Source: Thermodesulfobacteriota bacterium
GTDB taxonomy: Bacteria > Desulfobacterota_D > UBA1144 > Nemesobacterales > UBA2774
NCBI GenBank assembly: GCA_965216785.1
Contig: OZ244197.1
Coordinates: 736,001-800,000, forward strand
Direction: 5' to 3'
DNA length: 64,000 bases
Shown: positions 47,603-57,036 of the stretch, one piece after another
How the letters are laid out: each line of letters begins with the position of its first letter
Numbering within the stretch: the stretch's first letter is position 1
Notes under the pieces: generated by a model
Seen by the model: only the letters and a program-made list of their open reading frames with translations
Told to the model about the DNA's origin: nothing
The model's database searches: none
Made by a program: the position numbers and the translations under genes

Positions 47603-49486
47603 ATCAGATTTTTAATAGTACTATTTCTTATATTTCAATCTACGTCCGTATTTTCACAGGAAAACACAGACGAGACTCTTGAGACAGTTATAGTCGAGGA
47701 CACTCCGATAGAGCCTCCTCTTAACTACCCGTCCGCCTTTTCTACGGTGATCGAGCTTGATAATTTTAAAGGCGAGTACAATACCTCGGCTGAGCTCCTG
47801 TCTTTCTCACCGGGCGTAGTAGTAAGAGACTTCGGTGGACTCGGACAACTCAAGACGCTTTCAATCAGAGGTTCATCCAACGACCAGGTCGTGATTCTTC
47901 TTGACGGCGTTAGGCTAAACAGCCCTATCGGCGGAGGTGTGGACTTATCTACCATTCCTGTTAGCTATGTAGACCGCTTCGAGGTTATAAGGGGCGGGGC
48001 CTCAGCGCTCGCAGGCTCTGACGCCATCGGCGGGGTTGTAAACATTGTAACTAAAGATACTGATAAACCTTTTACTTTCGGTTCGGCAACTTATGGCTCT
48101 TTTGAAACATTCGGTATAAACCTCGGTAGAGCGCAGAAGATAGGGAAATTCAGCTATCTGGTCTCATTCGCCCATGCCCAGAGTGAAGGGGATTTCGAGT
48201 TCAAATCGGTGAACGGTCTTGATGCCAAGAGGATAAATAATGACTTTCACTCAGAAAGTTTTCTCCTGAAAACGGATTATGATTTTGAGAACGGGTGGAA
48301 GATAGGGTTTTTAAACGAATTCTTTTATGATGACCGGGGAGTGCCGGGCCTGGGTGAGTTCCAGCAGCCCAACGCCAACCAAAAAGACCTCCGCAATCTG
48401 ACAAGCGTAAATATCTCCAAGGAAAAGTTTATCAATCCCGAGCTTGATCTGAACGTCCTTATATTCAATAGATACGATAATCTTGAATTCAAAAACCCAA
48501 CTCCTACCGTAGGAGTGCCGATAGATACTCTAAGTAAAACCTACTCGTTTGGTATTAACCCGAAACTCACTTGGTTTGCACCCTACAACCAGATATTTAC
48601 ATTCGCTACTGAGCTCAGGGGAGACATCCTTAAAAATGAGGACTTCGACAACCCCGAGCGTTTTACATACAGCGCTTTTCTTAGTGATGAAATAAGCTTC
48701 TTTGACGAAAAACTACTCATAAACCCGCTGGTTCGATTTGACCTATTTTCTACAAGAGAAGATGAAACAACTACCGACACAGGGTTTTCGCCCAAGCTCG
48801 GTGTGATTTACTCTCCTAAGAAATATCTCTCCTTCAAGAGTAACATCGGGCGCTCGTTCAGGGCGCCCAGCTTCGGCGAGCTCTTTTTCCCCGAAGAGGG
48901 GTTCATCGGTGGAAACCCCGACCTTAAGCCAGAAACCTCGTACGACTTTGATATAGGCGTTCTGCTGTCACATCCTCGCTTTGCGTTTGAGCTCACATAC
49001 TTCAGGAGCCACATAGACGACCTGATACTTTTTGTATTCGTAAGCGCTTTGAGGATCGAGCCCCTGAACATAGGTGACGTAGACGAGCAGGGTGTAGAGA
49101 CAAGCCTTGTAGTAAGACCGTTTGATTTCCTTGAACTATTCGCGGGCTATACGTTTTTGGACGGAGAGGTAGAAGACACCGGGGCCCAGCTTCCTGGAAG
49201 GCCAAGGAATAAGTTCGACCTGAGAGCTGTGCTCACTTACGATCCGCTAGCGCTGTTTTTTGAAACGCACTATGTGGACGAGATACCGCTCAGCGCTTTT
49301 CCGAACGCAAGGACCACCGACGCAAGGACAACTTACGATATTGGAGTAAAGGGAGAGTGGAAAAGTATTTTTGCGACATTTGAGATAAAAAACCTGCTGA
49401 ACGACCTGGACGTGAGGGACGCACTTGATTTTCCACTGCCCGGGCGGACTTTCTTTATCACTGCGGGAGTTAACTTTGAAAAATAA
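47600..49486 (+). CDS. btuB: TonB-dependent cobalamin receptor
   Basis: TonB-box-like LETVIV, SIRGS...ILLDG plug, AIGGVVNIVT, FRAPSF, LPGRTF; under a B12 riboswitch. Confidence 0.85.
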   Translation: MIRFLIVLFLIFQSTSVFSQENTDETLETVIVEDTPIEPPLNYPSAFSTVIELDNFKGEYNTSAELLSFSPGVVVRDFGGLGQLKTLSIRGSSNDQVVILLDGVRLNSPIGGGVDLSTIPVSYVDRFEVIRGGASALAGSDAIGGVVNIVTKDTDKPFTFGSATYGSFETFGINLGRAQKIGKFSYLVSFAHAQSEGDFEFKSVNGLDAKRINNDFHSESFLLKTDYDFENGWKIGFLNEFFYDDRGVPGLGEFQQPNANQKDLRNLTSVNISKEKFINPELDLNVLIFNRYDNLEFKNPTPTVGVPIDTLSKTYSFGINPKLTWFAPYNQIFTFATELRGDILKNEDFDNPERFTYSAFLSDEISFFDEKLLINPLVRFDLFSTREDETTTDTGFSPKLGVIYSPKKYLSFKSNIGRSFRAPSFGELFFPEEGFIGGNPDLKPETSYDFDIGVLLSHPRFAFELTYFRSHIDDLILFVFVSALRIEPLNIGDVDEQGVETSLVVRPFDFLELFAGYTFLDGEVEDTGAQLPGRPRNKFDLRAVLTYDPLALFFETHYVDEIPLSAFPNARTTDARTTYDIGVKGEWKSIFATFEIKNLLNDLDVRDALDFPLPGRTFFITAGVNFEK

Positions 49487-49523
49487 AAACAGCTAAGAAA
49501 ACAAATAATTAGGAGGACTTACA

Positions 49524-51008
49524 ATGAGAACGTTTTTATCAGTGTGTTTATTTATCATAATTGGAGGAGTATTAGTGGGATGTGACAGCAGCGGCAGCGG
49601 CGGGGGCTTTATTCCGACGGGTGATATATTAGCCGTAGCCGAAAGAGGAGGACAAAACCAAACAATTAAAGTTGGAGGCACTGCGGGATCCGTACCTCCC
49701 GGAAGTACTGTTACAGTCACAAACCTCGATACTCAACAAGTGGAGACAACAACAGGTCTTGCAGACGGGAGTTTTGATCCAGAATTTATGGGAAATACAA
49801 ACAATATATTTAACGTTCAGGTAACCAATAACGGGAACATAGTCCAGGACGAAAATATAGGGGTAACTCTTCTTAGGAACGCGGTCAGGCGGGACCTGGC
49901 TCAGCTTGGCAGTGTGCCGGCCAACATAATAATAAGAGGAGCCCTCGCATACGTTATCAACGGTTTTTCAAACAATATTCAGGTTTTTAACCTTAACGTA
50001 AGCCCGCCTCAACAGACAGGAACAATTGTAGTCCCTATGGGATCAAACCCCATTGCCATGGACTTTTTGAATGACACGACTGCTTATGTGGCCAATAACA
50101 CCGGGCAGAGCGTAGCTGTGGTGGACGTTGTGAGTGGCGATTGCGAGACGCTGATTGTAGGAGAAGACGATGTAGACGAGACAACCCCGTGTGAAGAAGT
50201 GGTAGAGCTTTCGGGGTCACCGTTTGAAGAGCCCGCTGGAGTATTGGTTGCTAACGGCAAAGTCTATATATCAAACAACAATTTAGATGAGTTTTTCAGC
50301 CCGAACGGTAACGGGTTTATTACTGTTATAGATCCCACAACAAACAGTATTATAGATACCATAGACGCGTCCGGTGCGAACACTACCAGCATGCTGGAAA
50401 TGGACGGAAGCATTTTTGCGCTTAATAACGGAAACGTGCTCTTTGACCTGGAAACTTTTCTATTTACGTGCGATGTAGAGTTTCCTCCCTCGGTAGACGA
50501 GATCGATCCTCAGTCAGATACCGTAGTTAATAACATAGACATTGGTCTTAGCGAGCAAAATACTTTGGTATGCCTGCCTAATAATTTGACCGCCACTGAA
50601 GAGGGTTTTGCGTACACGGGTCTTGGGCTTGTGGGAGCACTTCTTAAATTAGATCTACTAACAGGGGAGGTTATTAACGGCCCTGACAATCCGATAGTGA
50701 TAACAGACCTCTCCGGTCTCAATAACACCGCGGATATAGCAGTAAAAGACAACTTGCTCTTTACTTCGCTATTTAACTCGGACCAGATAGCTGTGCTGGA
50801 TACTGACACTGATCAGGTTAACCCGTTTCCCTACATAACGCCGTTTCCCGCGGGAATCAGGGGAGATGACCCGGGCGCTGTGATCTTTGACGGCGTACAG
50901 TCACTCGCTGTAAGAGCGGGCAATGATTTCTCGGGCGCGGATATTTTCTTCATCACCGGCTTAAGTGAGCAGCTGGGCTCAGTGGACTCAACTCTGGAGA
51001 CTCAGTGA
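49524..51008 (+). CDS. YncE-like beta-propeller lipoprotein (BtuG-like candidate)
   Basis: Lipobox LVGC + SG linker; repeats GSVP..AYVIN..NIQV, GSNP..AYVAN..SVAVVD, P.GV..GKVYISN. Confidence 0.7.
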   Translation: MRTFLSVCLFIIIGGVLVGCDSSGSGGGFIPTGDILAVAERGGQNQTIKVGGTAGSVPPGSTVTVTNLDTQQVETTTGLADGSFDPEFMGNTNNIFNVQVTNNGNIVQDENIGVTLLRNAVRRDLAQLGSVPANIIIRGALAYVINGFSNNIQVFNLNVSPPQQTGTIVVPMGSNPIAMDFLNDTTAYVANNTGQSVAVVDVVSGDCETLIVGEDDVDETTPCEEVVELSGSPFEEPAGVLVANGKVYISNNNLDEFFSPNGNGFITVIDPTTNSIIDTIDASGANTTSMLEMDGSIFALNNGNVLFDLETFLFTCDVEFPPSVDEIDPQSDTVVNNIDIGLSEQNTLVCLPNNLTATEEGFAYTGLGLVGALLKLDLLTGEVINGPDNPIVITDLSGLNNTADIAVKDNLLFTSLFNSDQIAVLDTDTDQVNPFPYITPFPAGIRGDDPGAVIFDGVQSLAVRAGNDFSGADIFFITGLSEQLGSVDSTLETQ

Positions 51009-51104
51009 TAGATGTTTGCATAAACATGCAGGTTACAGATAATTATAAGGGGGCCGGCAGCCGAGTAGCTGTCTGCCCCAAATAAATTATTGGGGGCGCG
51101 CAAA

Positions 51105-52052
51105 ATGCGTATTTGTTCATTCCTTCCTAGCACTACTGAGATAGTTTACGAATTGGGTCTGGGCGAGTGCCTTACAGGAGTTACACACGAGTGTGATTAC
51201 CCGCCCGAAGCGGTTGATAAAAAAAGGGTTATCATGAGTTTTATAAAACCTGAGGAAATGTCTAGCAAAGAGATTGACGATCTCGTTTCGAAGAACGCAC
51301 AAGAAGGAAAGAGCACATACCTCGTAAAAAAAGAAGCTCTCATTGAAGCAGACCCCGATATTATTCTGACACAAGAGCTGTGCGAAGTGTGCGCTGTGTC
51401 AGGAAACCAGGTGCAGGAGGCGGTACAGGTACTCGGTAGAACGCCAGAAATAATTTCTCTTGAGCCAAAGACTATGGCGGGAATACTGGAGACCATAAAT
51501 ATAATTGGCGAAGCGACAGGAACTCAGACAAGAGCGGCTGAATTAACTGAGCAGCTGGGATCTAGGATAGAGAAAATCAGATCGAAACTGGGAAATGAAA
51601 GAGACCGCCCTAGGGTATTCTGCCTTGAGTGGCTAGACCCGCCGTATGTAGCGGGACACTGGGTTCCCGAGATGGTCGAGACCGCTGGGGGCGAGTGCGG
51701 CATAGGAAAACCCGGAGAGCCCTCTTTTAAGGTAACATGGGACGAAATAGTCGAGTTCGCGCCGCACATGCTTTTCGTAATGCCCTGCGGATACAATATA
51801 GATAAAACATTTAACGAAATCGATGACGCGTCAAAGAATGATGGCTGGTTCGCTCTTCCAGCGACTAATAAGGGTGAGATATACCTCTTTGACGCAAACT
51901 CTTATTTCAGTAGACCCGGCCCCCGAGTGGTGGATGGACTCGAGATACTCGCAAAGATTATGCACCCTGAGGCAATGAGAGGCTACGAGCCCCCTGCGGA
52001 TTCTGTAATCAATCTTAGAAATTACATGCAGCTTGAATTCTTTTCAGGATAA
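51105..52052 (+). CDS. BtuF-like class III solute-binding protein without signal peptide
   Basis: MRICSFLPSTTEI, GVTHECDYP, TQELCEVCAV, EWLDP, GHWVPEM, FSRPGPR; start revised to ATG 51105. Confidence 0.85.
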   Translation: MRICSFLPSTTEIVYELGLGECLTGVTHECDYPPEAVDKKRVIMSFIKPEEMSSKEIDDLVSKNAQEGKSTYLVKKEALIEADPDIILTQELCEVCAVSGNQVQEAVQVLGRTPEIISLEPKTMAGILETINIIGEATGTQTRAAELTEQLGSRIEKIRSKLGNERDRPRVFCLEWLDPPYVAGHWVPEMVETAGGECGIGKPGEPSFKVTWDEIVEFAPHMLFVMPCGYNIDKTFNEIDDASKNDGWFALPATNKGEIYLFDANSYFSRPGPRVVDGLEILAKIMHPEAMRGYEPPADSVINLRNYMQLEFFSG

Positions 52053-52058
52053 TGAACC

Positions 52059-52925
52059 ATGCGAAAAACCGGCATCATAATTCTCATATATCTAGTCTTA
52101 ATAATAGGCTTACAGGCAAGCTCCGCAGAGGCTCCCAGGAGGATAATTTCTCTATCCCCTAATATCACCCAGATCATTTACGCGCTCGGCGCTTGGGATA
52201 ACGTAGTGGGTGTATCAATATACGCCGATTTCCCGCCGGAAGCTGAAGATATGTCAAAAGTAGGCGGATGGGTTAACCCTAATATGGAGGCCATAGTGGC
52301 GCTCAAACCCGATCTTGTCCTTCTTATGAAAGACCAAAACACTATATTCGGTCAAAAACTGGACAACCTGGGTCTTAATAAATACGTAATAGACAGTAAC
52401 GACTCCGTCCACGATATATTAGAGTCAATAAGCGCCCTCGGAGAGGTACTCGATAAAAAACCCCAAGCGGATAGCCTGGTCGGCAAGCTCAGGAGCGAGC
52501 TTGACAGCATTACTGTTACTACTGATAAAGCAAATAGAAAAAGTGTACTAATTGTGGTCGGGAGAAACCCCGGGACGCTTGAAGATATCTATGTTATAGG
52601 AAGAAATAACTATATAGATGAGCTTCTAAATATGGCCGGTGGGGAAAACGTTATAGAAAACGACAGGCTCTCCGTAAAACTTACTAAAGAAGCGGTTCTG
52701 ACGCTCAACCCCGACGTTATAATAGAGATAAATCACGACAAATCCAAAAGAGAATCTCAGATTCTGGAGACTTGGAGTAAATTAAAGCTTGCAAAAGCAG
52801 TAAAGGAAAACGAAGTATATATACTCCCGAGCACAGTGTTGCTCCACCCGAGCCAAAGAATACTCGAAGGGGCAAAAGTGCTGACCGAGATTTTGCATCC
52901 GGATTTAGTAAACGCCTCAAAATAA
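52059..52925 (+). CDS. btuF: Cobalamin ABC transporter periplasmic binding protein
   Basis: Signal peptide; RIISLSPNITQIIYALG, PNMEAIVALKPDLV, NPDVII, HPSQR. Confidence 0.8.
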   Translation: MRKTGIIILIYLVLIIGLQASSAEAPRRIISLSPNITQIIYALGAWDNVVGVSIYADFPPEAEDMSKVGGWVNPNMEAIVALKPDLVLLMKDQNTIFGQKLDNLGLNKYVIDSNDSVHDILESISALGEVLDKKPQADSLVGKLRSELDSITVTTDKANRKSVLIVVGRNPGTLEDIYVIGRNNYIDELLNMAGGENVIENDRLSVKLTKEAVLTLNPDVIIEINHDKSKRESQILETWSKLKLAKAVKENEVYILPSTVLLHPSQRILEGAKVLTEILHPDLVNASK

Positions 52926-52934
52926 AATATACAT

Positions 52935-53708
52935 ATGGAAAAAATCATAGAATGCGGCAACATCCTCTTTTCCTATAACGGTGTTAAGGTGCTAAACGGA
53001 ATTAACCTTTCCGTAGCCCCGGGGGAGATGGTAGGTATATTGGGGGCGAACGGCGCCGGAAAATCCACGTTATTAAAAATTCTTTCGGGTTTGCTGCAGC
53101 CGCAGAGCGGAGAGACTCTTTACAGAAATAAAGAGCTGTCAAAGCTCGGCAGAAAAGAGATCGCTAAGCGTCTTGCTTACATACCCCAGGACCCTGTGTT
53201 TGCTTTCCCGTTCACCGTTACTGAAACAGTGCTGATGGGAAGGGCTCCGTATATTGGCAGATTCGAGTTTGAAAGACAGGAGGACAGAGAGATCGCCGCA
53301 AAGGCAATGGATACAGTCGGCATAACGCACCTTAAAGACCGGCTGATATCGCAGGTCTCGGCTGGGGAGAGACAGCTCGCTTCGCTTGCCCGCGCGCTCG
53401 TTCAAGAGCCCGAGATAATGATCCTTGACGAGCCAGCTACTTTCCTTGATGTAAGACACAGAACGGAGATTATGAAAATCCTGCAAAAGCTCAAAGAACA
53501 AAGGGGTATATCCATTGTCTCCGCAACGCACGATATATTCGCAGCCCTCTATTACTTTGAGGAAATTAAAATTCTAAAGGGCGGGGTTATTTTCGCTCAA
53601 GGCCCTACGGAATCAGTAGTAACAGAAGAGAATTTAAGCTGCGCGTACGGGATCAATGTTACGGTTAAAAAAGAAAACGGACGGGTTTTTGTCTTCCCAA
53701 GCGACTGA
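52935..53708 (+). CDS. btuD: Cobalamin/iron-chelate ABC transporter ATPase
   Basis: GANGAGKST, VLMGRAPY, SAGERQ, LDEPATFLD. Confidence 0.8.
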   Translation: MEKIIECGNILFSYNGVKVLNGINLSVAPGEMVGILGANGAGKSTLLKILSGLLQPQSGETLYRNKELSKLGRKEIAKRLAYIPQDPVFAFPFTVTETVLMGRAPYIGRFEFERQEDREIAAKAMDTVGITHLKDRLISQVSAGERQLASLARALVQEPEIMILDEPATFLDVRHRTEIMKILQKLKEQRGISIVSATHDIFAALYYFEEIKILKGGVIFAQGPTESVVTEENLSCAYGINVTVKKENGRVFVFPSD

Positions 53709-53744
53709 TCTCAGTAATTCAATCTATTCAGAAACAGTGGTTAT

Positions 53745-54746
53745 ATGAACGCAAATAAAAAATTCTATATATCTATCGCTCTTCTATCAGTGCTTTGGCT
53801 GGTTATAGCTCTCATCAGTATTTTTACCGGCACTTATGAGATAGGGCCTATTGATGCGATACTGAACCCGGATGAGCTCTCAAAAACGATATTCCTCAAT
53901 ATCAGAATCCCCAGAGTCCTGATGGCAACAATCGCTGGCGGCACACTGGCGATTTCAGGAGCCGCTTTACAAGCGCTGTTCAGAAACCCCCTTGCCTCAC
54001 CGTTCACGCTCGGAATCTCGGGCGGCGCATCACTCGGAGCGCTCATCGCCATAAGACTGGGCCTGGGGATAGGGATTCTCGGATTCTCTATGGTGTCGAT
54101 TTCAGCTTTTATATTTTCGATCCTCACAATGCTTTTCGTATACTCCGTTTCGAAAGTAGGGGGAGTGGTCGCTACAGGCAGACTTCTCTTGGCGGGAGTA
54201 GTCGCGAATTTTCTATACTCCGCAGTTGTAATGTTTATACAGTTTTTTTCAAACTTCACGGAGTCTCTTCAGACAATGAGGTGGATTATGGGGAGTCTCG
54301 ACATCGTAGGTTTCGATACTGTATGGAAGACGCTTATTTTTGTAGTCCCGGGGTGCTTATTACTACTTATATCTACAAAAGATATGAATCTGTTCGGGCT
54401 TGGTGACGACGTAGCTACATCACTTGGTGTAAACGTAAGAAGGCTTGAGAAGAAAATCTATTTCGCTACCTCTCTTGCCGCGGGCTCTGTAATATCAGTT
54501 ACCGGGCCCATAGGGTTCGTAGGCCTCATTATCCCACATATCCTCAGAATGATACTCGGAGTAGACAACAGAATAATACTCCCATGCTCGTTCCTCCTGG
54601 GAGCATCGTTTCTGACCGCGGCGGATACTGTATCGAGAACTGTAATATCTCCTGTTGAAATTCCGGTCGGTATTATTACAGCCGCGCTCGGGGGGATATT
54701 CTTCCTATGGCTCCTTATAAAAACCAAAAAAGAAGTGATAGTTTAA
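53745..54746 (+). CDS. btuC: Cobalamin/iron-chelate ABC transporter permease (FecCD family)
   Basis: RIPRV, FRNPLASP, GPIGFVGLIIPH, EIPVGIITA. Confidence 0.82.
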   Translation: MNANKKFYISIALLSVLWLVIALISIFTGTYEIGPIDAILNPDELSKTIFLNIRIPRVLMATIAGGTLAISGAALQALFRNPLASPFTLGISGGASLGALIAIRLGLGIGILGFSMVSISAFIFSILTMLFVYSVSKVGGVVATGRLLLAGVVANFLYSAVVMFIQFFSNFTESLQTMRWIMGSLDIVGFDTVWKTLIFVVPGCLLLLISTKDMNLFGLGDDVATSLGVNVRRLEKKIYFATSLAAGSVISVTGPIGFVGLIIPHILRMILGVDNRIILPCSFLLGASFLTAADTVSRTVISPVEIPVGIITAALGGIFFLWLLIKTKKEVIV

Positions 54747-54827
54747 AATAAACTAACATCCTCCCCGCTCACATTTACAAGAGGGTCGCCTATGTAGTAA
54801 TTGAAGTTTCCGCGCTAAATTTGCTAC

Positions 54828-55088
54828 TTAGCCCGGAGCCTTAAACGGATCATCGTCTCCGCCACCGGCAGGAGCTTCAGCGGGTGCTTCTGCAGGAGCT
54901 TCAGCAGGCGCCTCTGCAGGAGCTGCTTGAGCCGATTCGAACTCACTGCCACCACCACCTGACTCTTCAGCTGCGGGCGGCTCGGGCGGCGCTTCGGGTG
55001 CAGCGGCTTCACCAGCATCAGCCTCACCCATCGGCCCCATTATATACCAGCCGAGAAATGCCAATCCTATAACAATTAAGGTCCACAT
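54828..55088 (-). CDS. Small single-pass membrane protein with acidic Ala/Pro/Glu-rich tail
   Basis: AAGGAGG SD before ATG 55088; MWTLIVIGLAFLGWYIMG TM segment; APAE tandem repeats. Confidence 0.65.
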   Translation of the reverse strand: MWTLIVIGLAFLGWYIMGPMGEADAGEAAAPEAPPEPPAAEESGGGGSEFESAQAAPAEAPAEAPAEAPAEAPAGGGDDDPFKAPG

Positions 55089-55184
55089 CTTCAACTTCCT
55101 CCTTATCAAGTTAGAAATCTCTGGCTCTTAAAGCCCATCCCCAGTAACAACGACTATCTATGTGAAATAACGTCAATAAGTTGA

Positions 55185-55213
55185 TATTAATAAATTTTAT
55201 ATGCTCATGTCAA
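55185..55213 (-). promoter_or_regulatory. Sigma70 promoter of the small membrane protein gene
   Basis: Minus strand TTGACA-17/18 bp-TTAATA/TAATAT. Confidence 0.55.
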
Positions 55214-55378
55214 GGACAAATTTTCAAGCTCAATCAGAATAGTGCTCATAGAGAAGGTGAAAAAATGTATATATCAGCAGTTTTTGAGCGCTTTACGATA
55301 GCGTCCGGGCATATTAAACTTCAGCGCAATAGCATGTAAAATTACTCACCGCCTGGTATTTTAATTAGACTTTAAAAG

Positions 55379-55852
55379 ATGATACTAAAAAACGTATTAA
55401 ACCGCATAAAGAGTAATAACGAGGAGACTGAGCTCTCAAACGATACTCTTATCACTCTCTCGCAAATCGAGTCAGGCTGTCTCTTTACCCAACATAAAGA
55501 TAAAACGCTCATGATTATTATATGCACCGGGGAGGAGGCTTCGAATCTTAAAAACTCAGAGAACTTTTCACTTAAAATGGAGCTTATCGAAAAACTTGAA
55601 TTCCCCACAATCGCCGCTTATATCAAAATTATGACCAAGAATAAGGACTCATATGATTTTGAATACTTTTTTAATATCGAAGCATCTGAAGAGTTGGAGC
55701 TTGTGGAGAATTTAAGCAATCAAAATACTATGGAAATCTTGCTATACGACGACGACGTTGTGCATTCGATGCTTTTAGGGCTGAGTAGAGAAGTAAGGTC
55801 CTTGTTGACATCAATGCACGAGCGGGCGAAGCATATGTTTGACAAAGCTTAA
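55379..55852 (+). CDS. Hypothetical protein
   Basis: 157-aa ORF filling the gap before fabH; no recognised motif. Confidence 0.55.
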   Translation: MILKNVLNRIKSNNEETELSNDTLITLSQIESGCLFTQHKDKTLMIIICTGEEASNLKNSENFSLKMELIEKLEFPTIAAYIKIMTKNKDSYDFEYFFNIEASEELELVENLSNQNTMEILLYDDDVVHSMLLGLSREVRSLLTSMHERAKHMFDKA

Positions 55853-55867
55853 CGGTTCCCTGATAAT
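55839..55867 (+). promoter_or_regulatory. Sigma70 promoter of fabH
   Basis: TTGACA (55839)-17 bp-GATAAT. Confidence 0.55.
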
Positions 55868-55904
55868 TACAAACTCTAAATGACAACCAAGGAGAAGTAT
55901 TAAA

Positions 55905-56882
55905 TTGGGTTTCGCTAAATTTATCGGTATCGGTTCATCAACACCTGAAAAAGTGCTTTCTAATTTTGACTTCGAAAAGATAATAGACACTTCAGATGAA
56001 TGGATAACTACTAGGACAGGTATAAAGGAAAGAAGAATCGCTGAGCCTGAAGTGGCTACGTCGGACCTAGCTTATGAGGCATCGATAAAGGCTCTCGAAG
56101 ACGCGGAGGTCGATGTTTCTGAAATAGACGGCATTGTCCTGGGCACTATTACACCTGACCATATTTTCCCCTCTTCCGCTTGTATGCTACAGAGCCGATT
56201 GGGAGCAAAGCAGGCTTTCGCGTTCGACCTGCTCGCGGGTTGCTCGGGTTTCTTGTATGCGCTTCATGCCGCTAAGGGTATGATCGAGGGCGGAGACTCG
56301 AAAAAACTTCTCGTAGTAGGGGCAGAGACACTTTCCAAGATAATGAATTATGAGGACCGTACCACTTGTATTCTATTCGGCGACGGCGCAGGCGCAGCTG
56401 TTTTATCCACATCTGACACTCCTGGGATACTGTCTTCATGCTTGGGCGCAAACGGCGATGACTGGGATCTCCTATACATGCCCGCCGGAGGGTCGCGCAT
56501 GCCGACTACTAAGGAAACTATACAAAACGGCGGCCACTTTTTGAGGATGGAAGGAAAAGAGGTTTTTAAAGAAGCCGTAAAAGCAATCCAGGCCTCGTCT
56601 CTTCAGGCAATAGAAAAAGCCGATCTCACCCCTGATCAAATAGATCTCTTCATACCGCACCAGGCAAACTACAGAATCCTTGAAGCGGTAAGGAAAAGGA
56701 TCGGCCTTCCGGAGGAAAAGGTCTTTTCCAACCTTGACAAATACGGTAATACTTCTTCGGCATCCGTACCGATTGCGCTTGATGAAGCAGTAAAGAGCGG
56801 AAGGCTTAAAAAAGGAGATATAGTACTCTTTTCCGTGTTCGGAGCCGGGTTTACCTGGGGCGCAGCCGTAGTCAGGTGGTAG
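55905..56882 (+). CDS. fabH: 3-oxoacyl-ACP synthase III
   Basis: DTSDEWITTRTGI, AGCSGF, FGDGAGA, PHQAN, YGNTSSAS, FGAGFTWG. Confidence 0.96.
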   Translation: MGFAKFIGIGSSTPEKVLSNFDFEKIIDTSDEWITTRTGIKERRIAEPEVATSDLAYEASIKALEDAEVDVSEIDGIVLGTITPDHIFPSSACMLQSRLGAKQAFAFDLLAGCSGFLYALHAAKGMIEGGDSKKLLVVGAETLSKIMNYEDRTTCILFGDGAGAAVLSTSDTPGILSSCLGANGDDWDLLYMPAGGSRMPTTKETIQNGGHFLRMEGKEVFKEAVKAIQASSLQAIEKADLTPDQIDLFIPHQANYRILEAVRKRIGLPEEKVFSNLDKYGNTSSASVPIALDEAVKSGRLKKGDIVLFSVFGAGFTWGAAVVRW

Positions 56883-57036
56883 TAAGCCGCTAAGTTCTTT
56901 AGATCCTAAAAACTCTATACCAATGTGAATAAGACCCTTATTCTCACTCCGGGGTAAAATACTCCCCATTAGAAAACCGGTATTGTAATTACAGTAGAGG
57001 AGATCCCAAAACATCTTACAGCAAATAGTAAATGTA

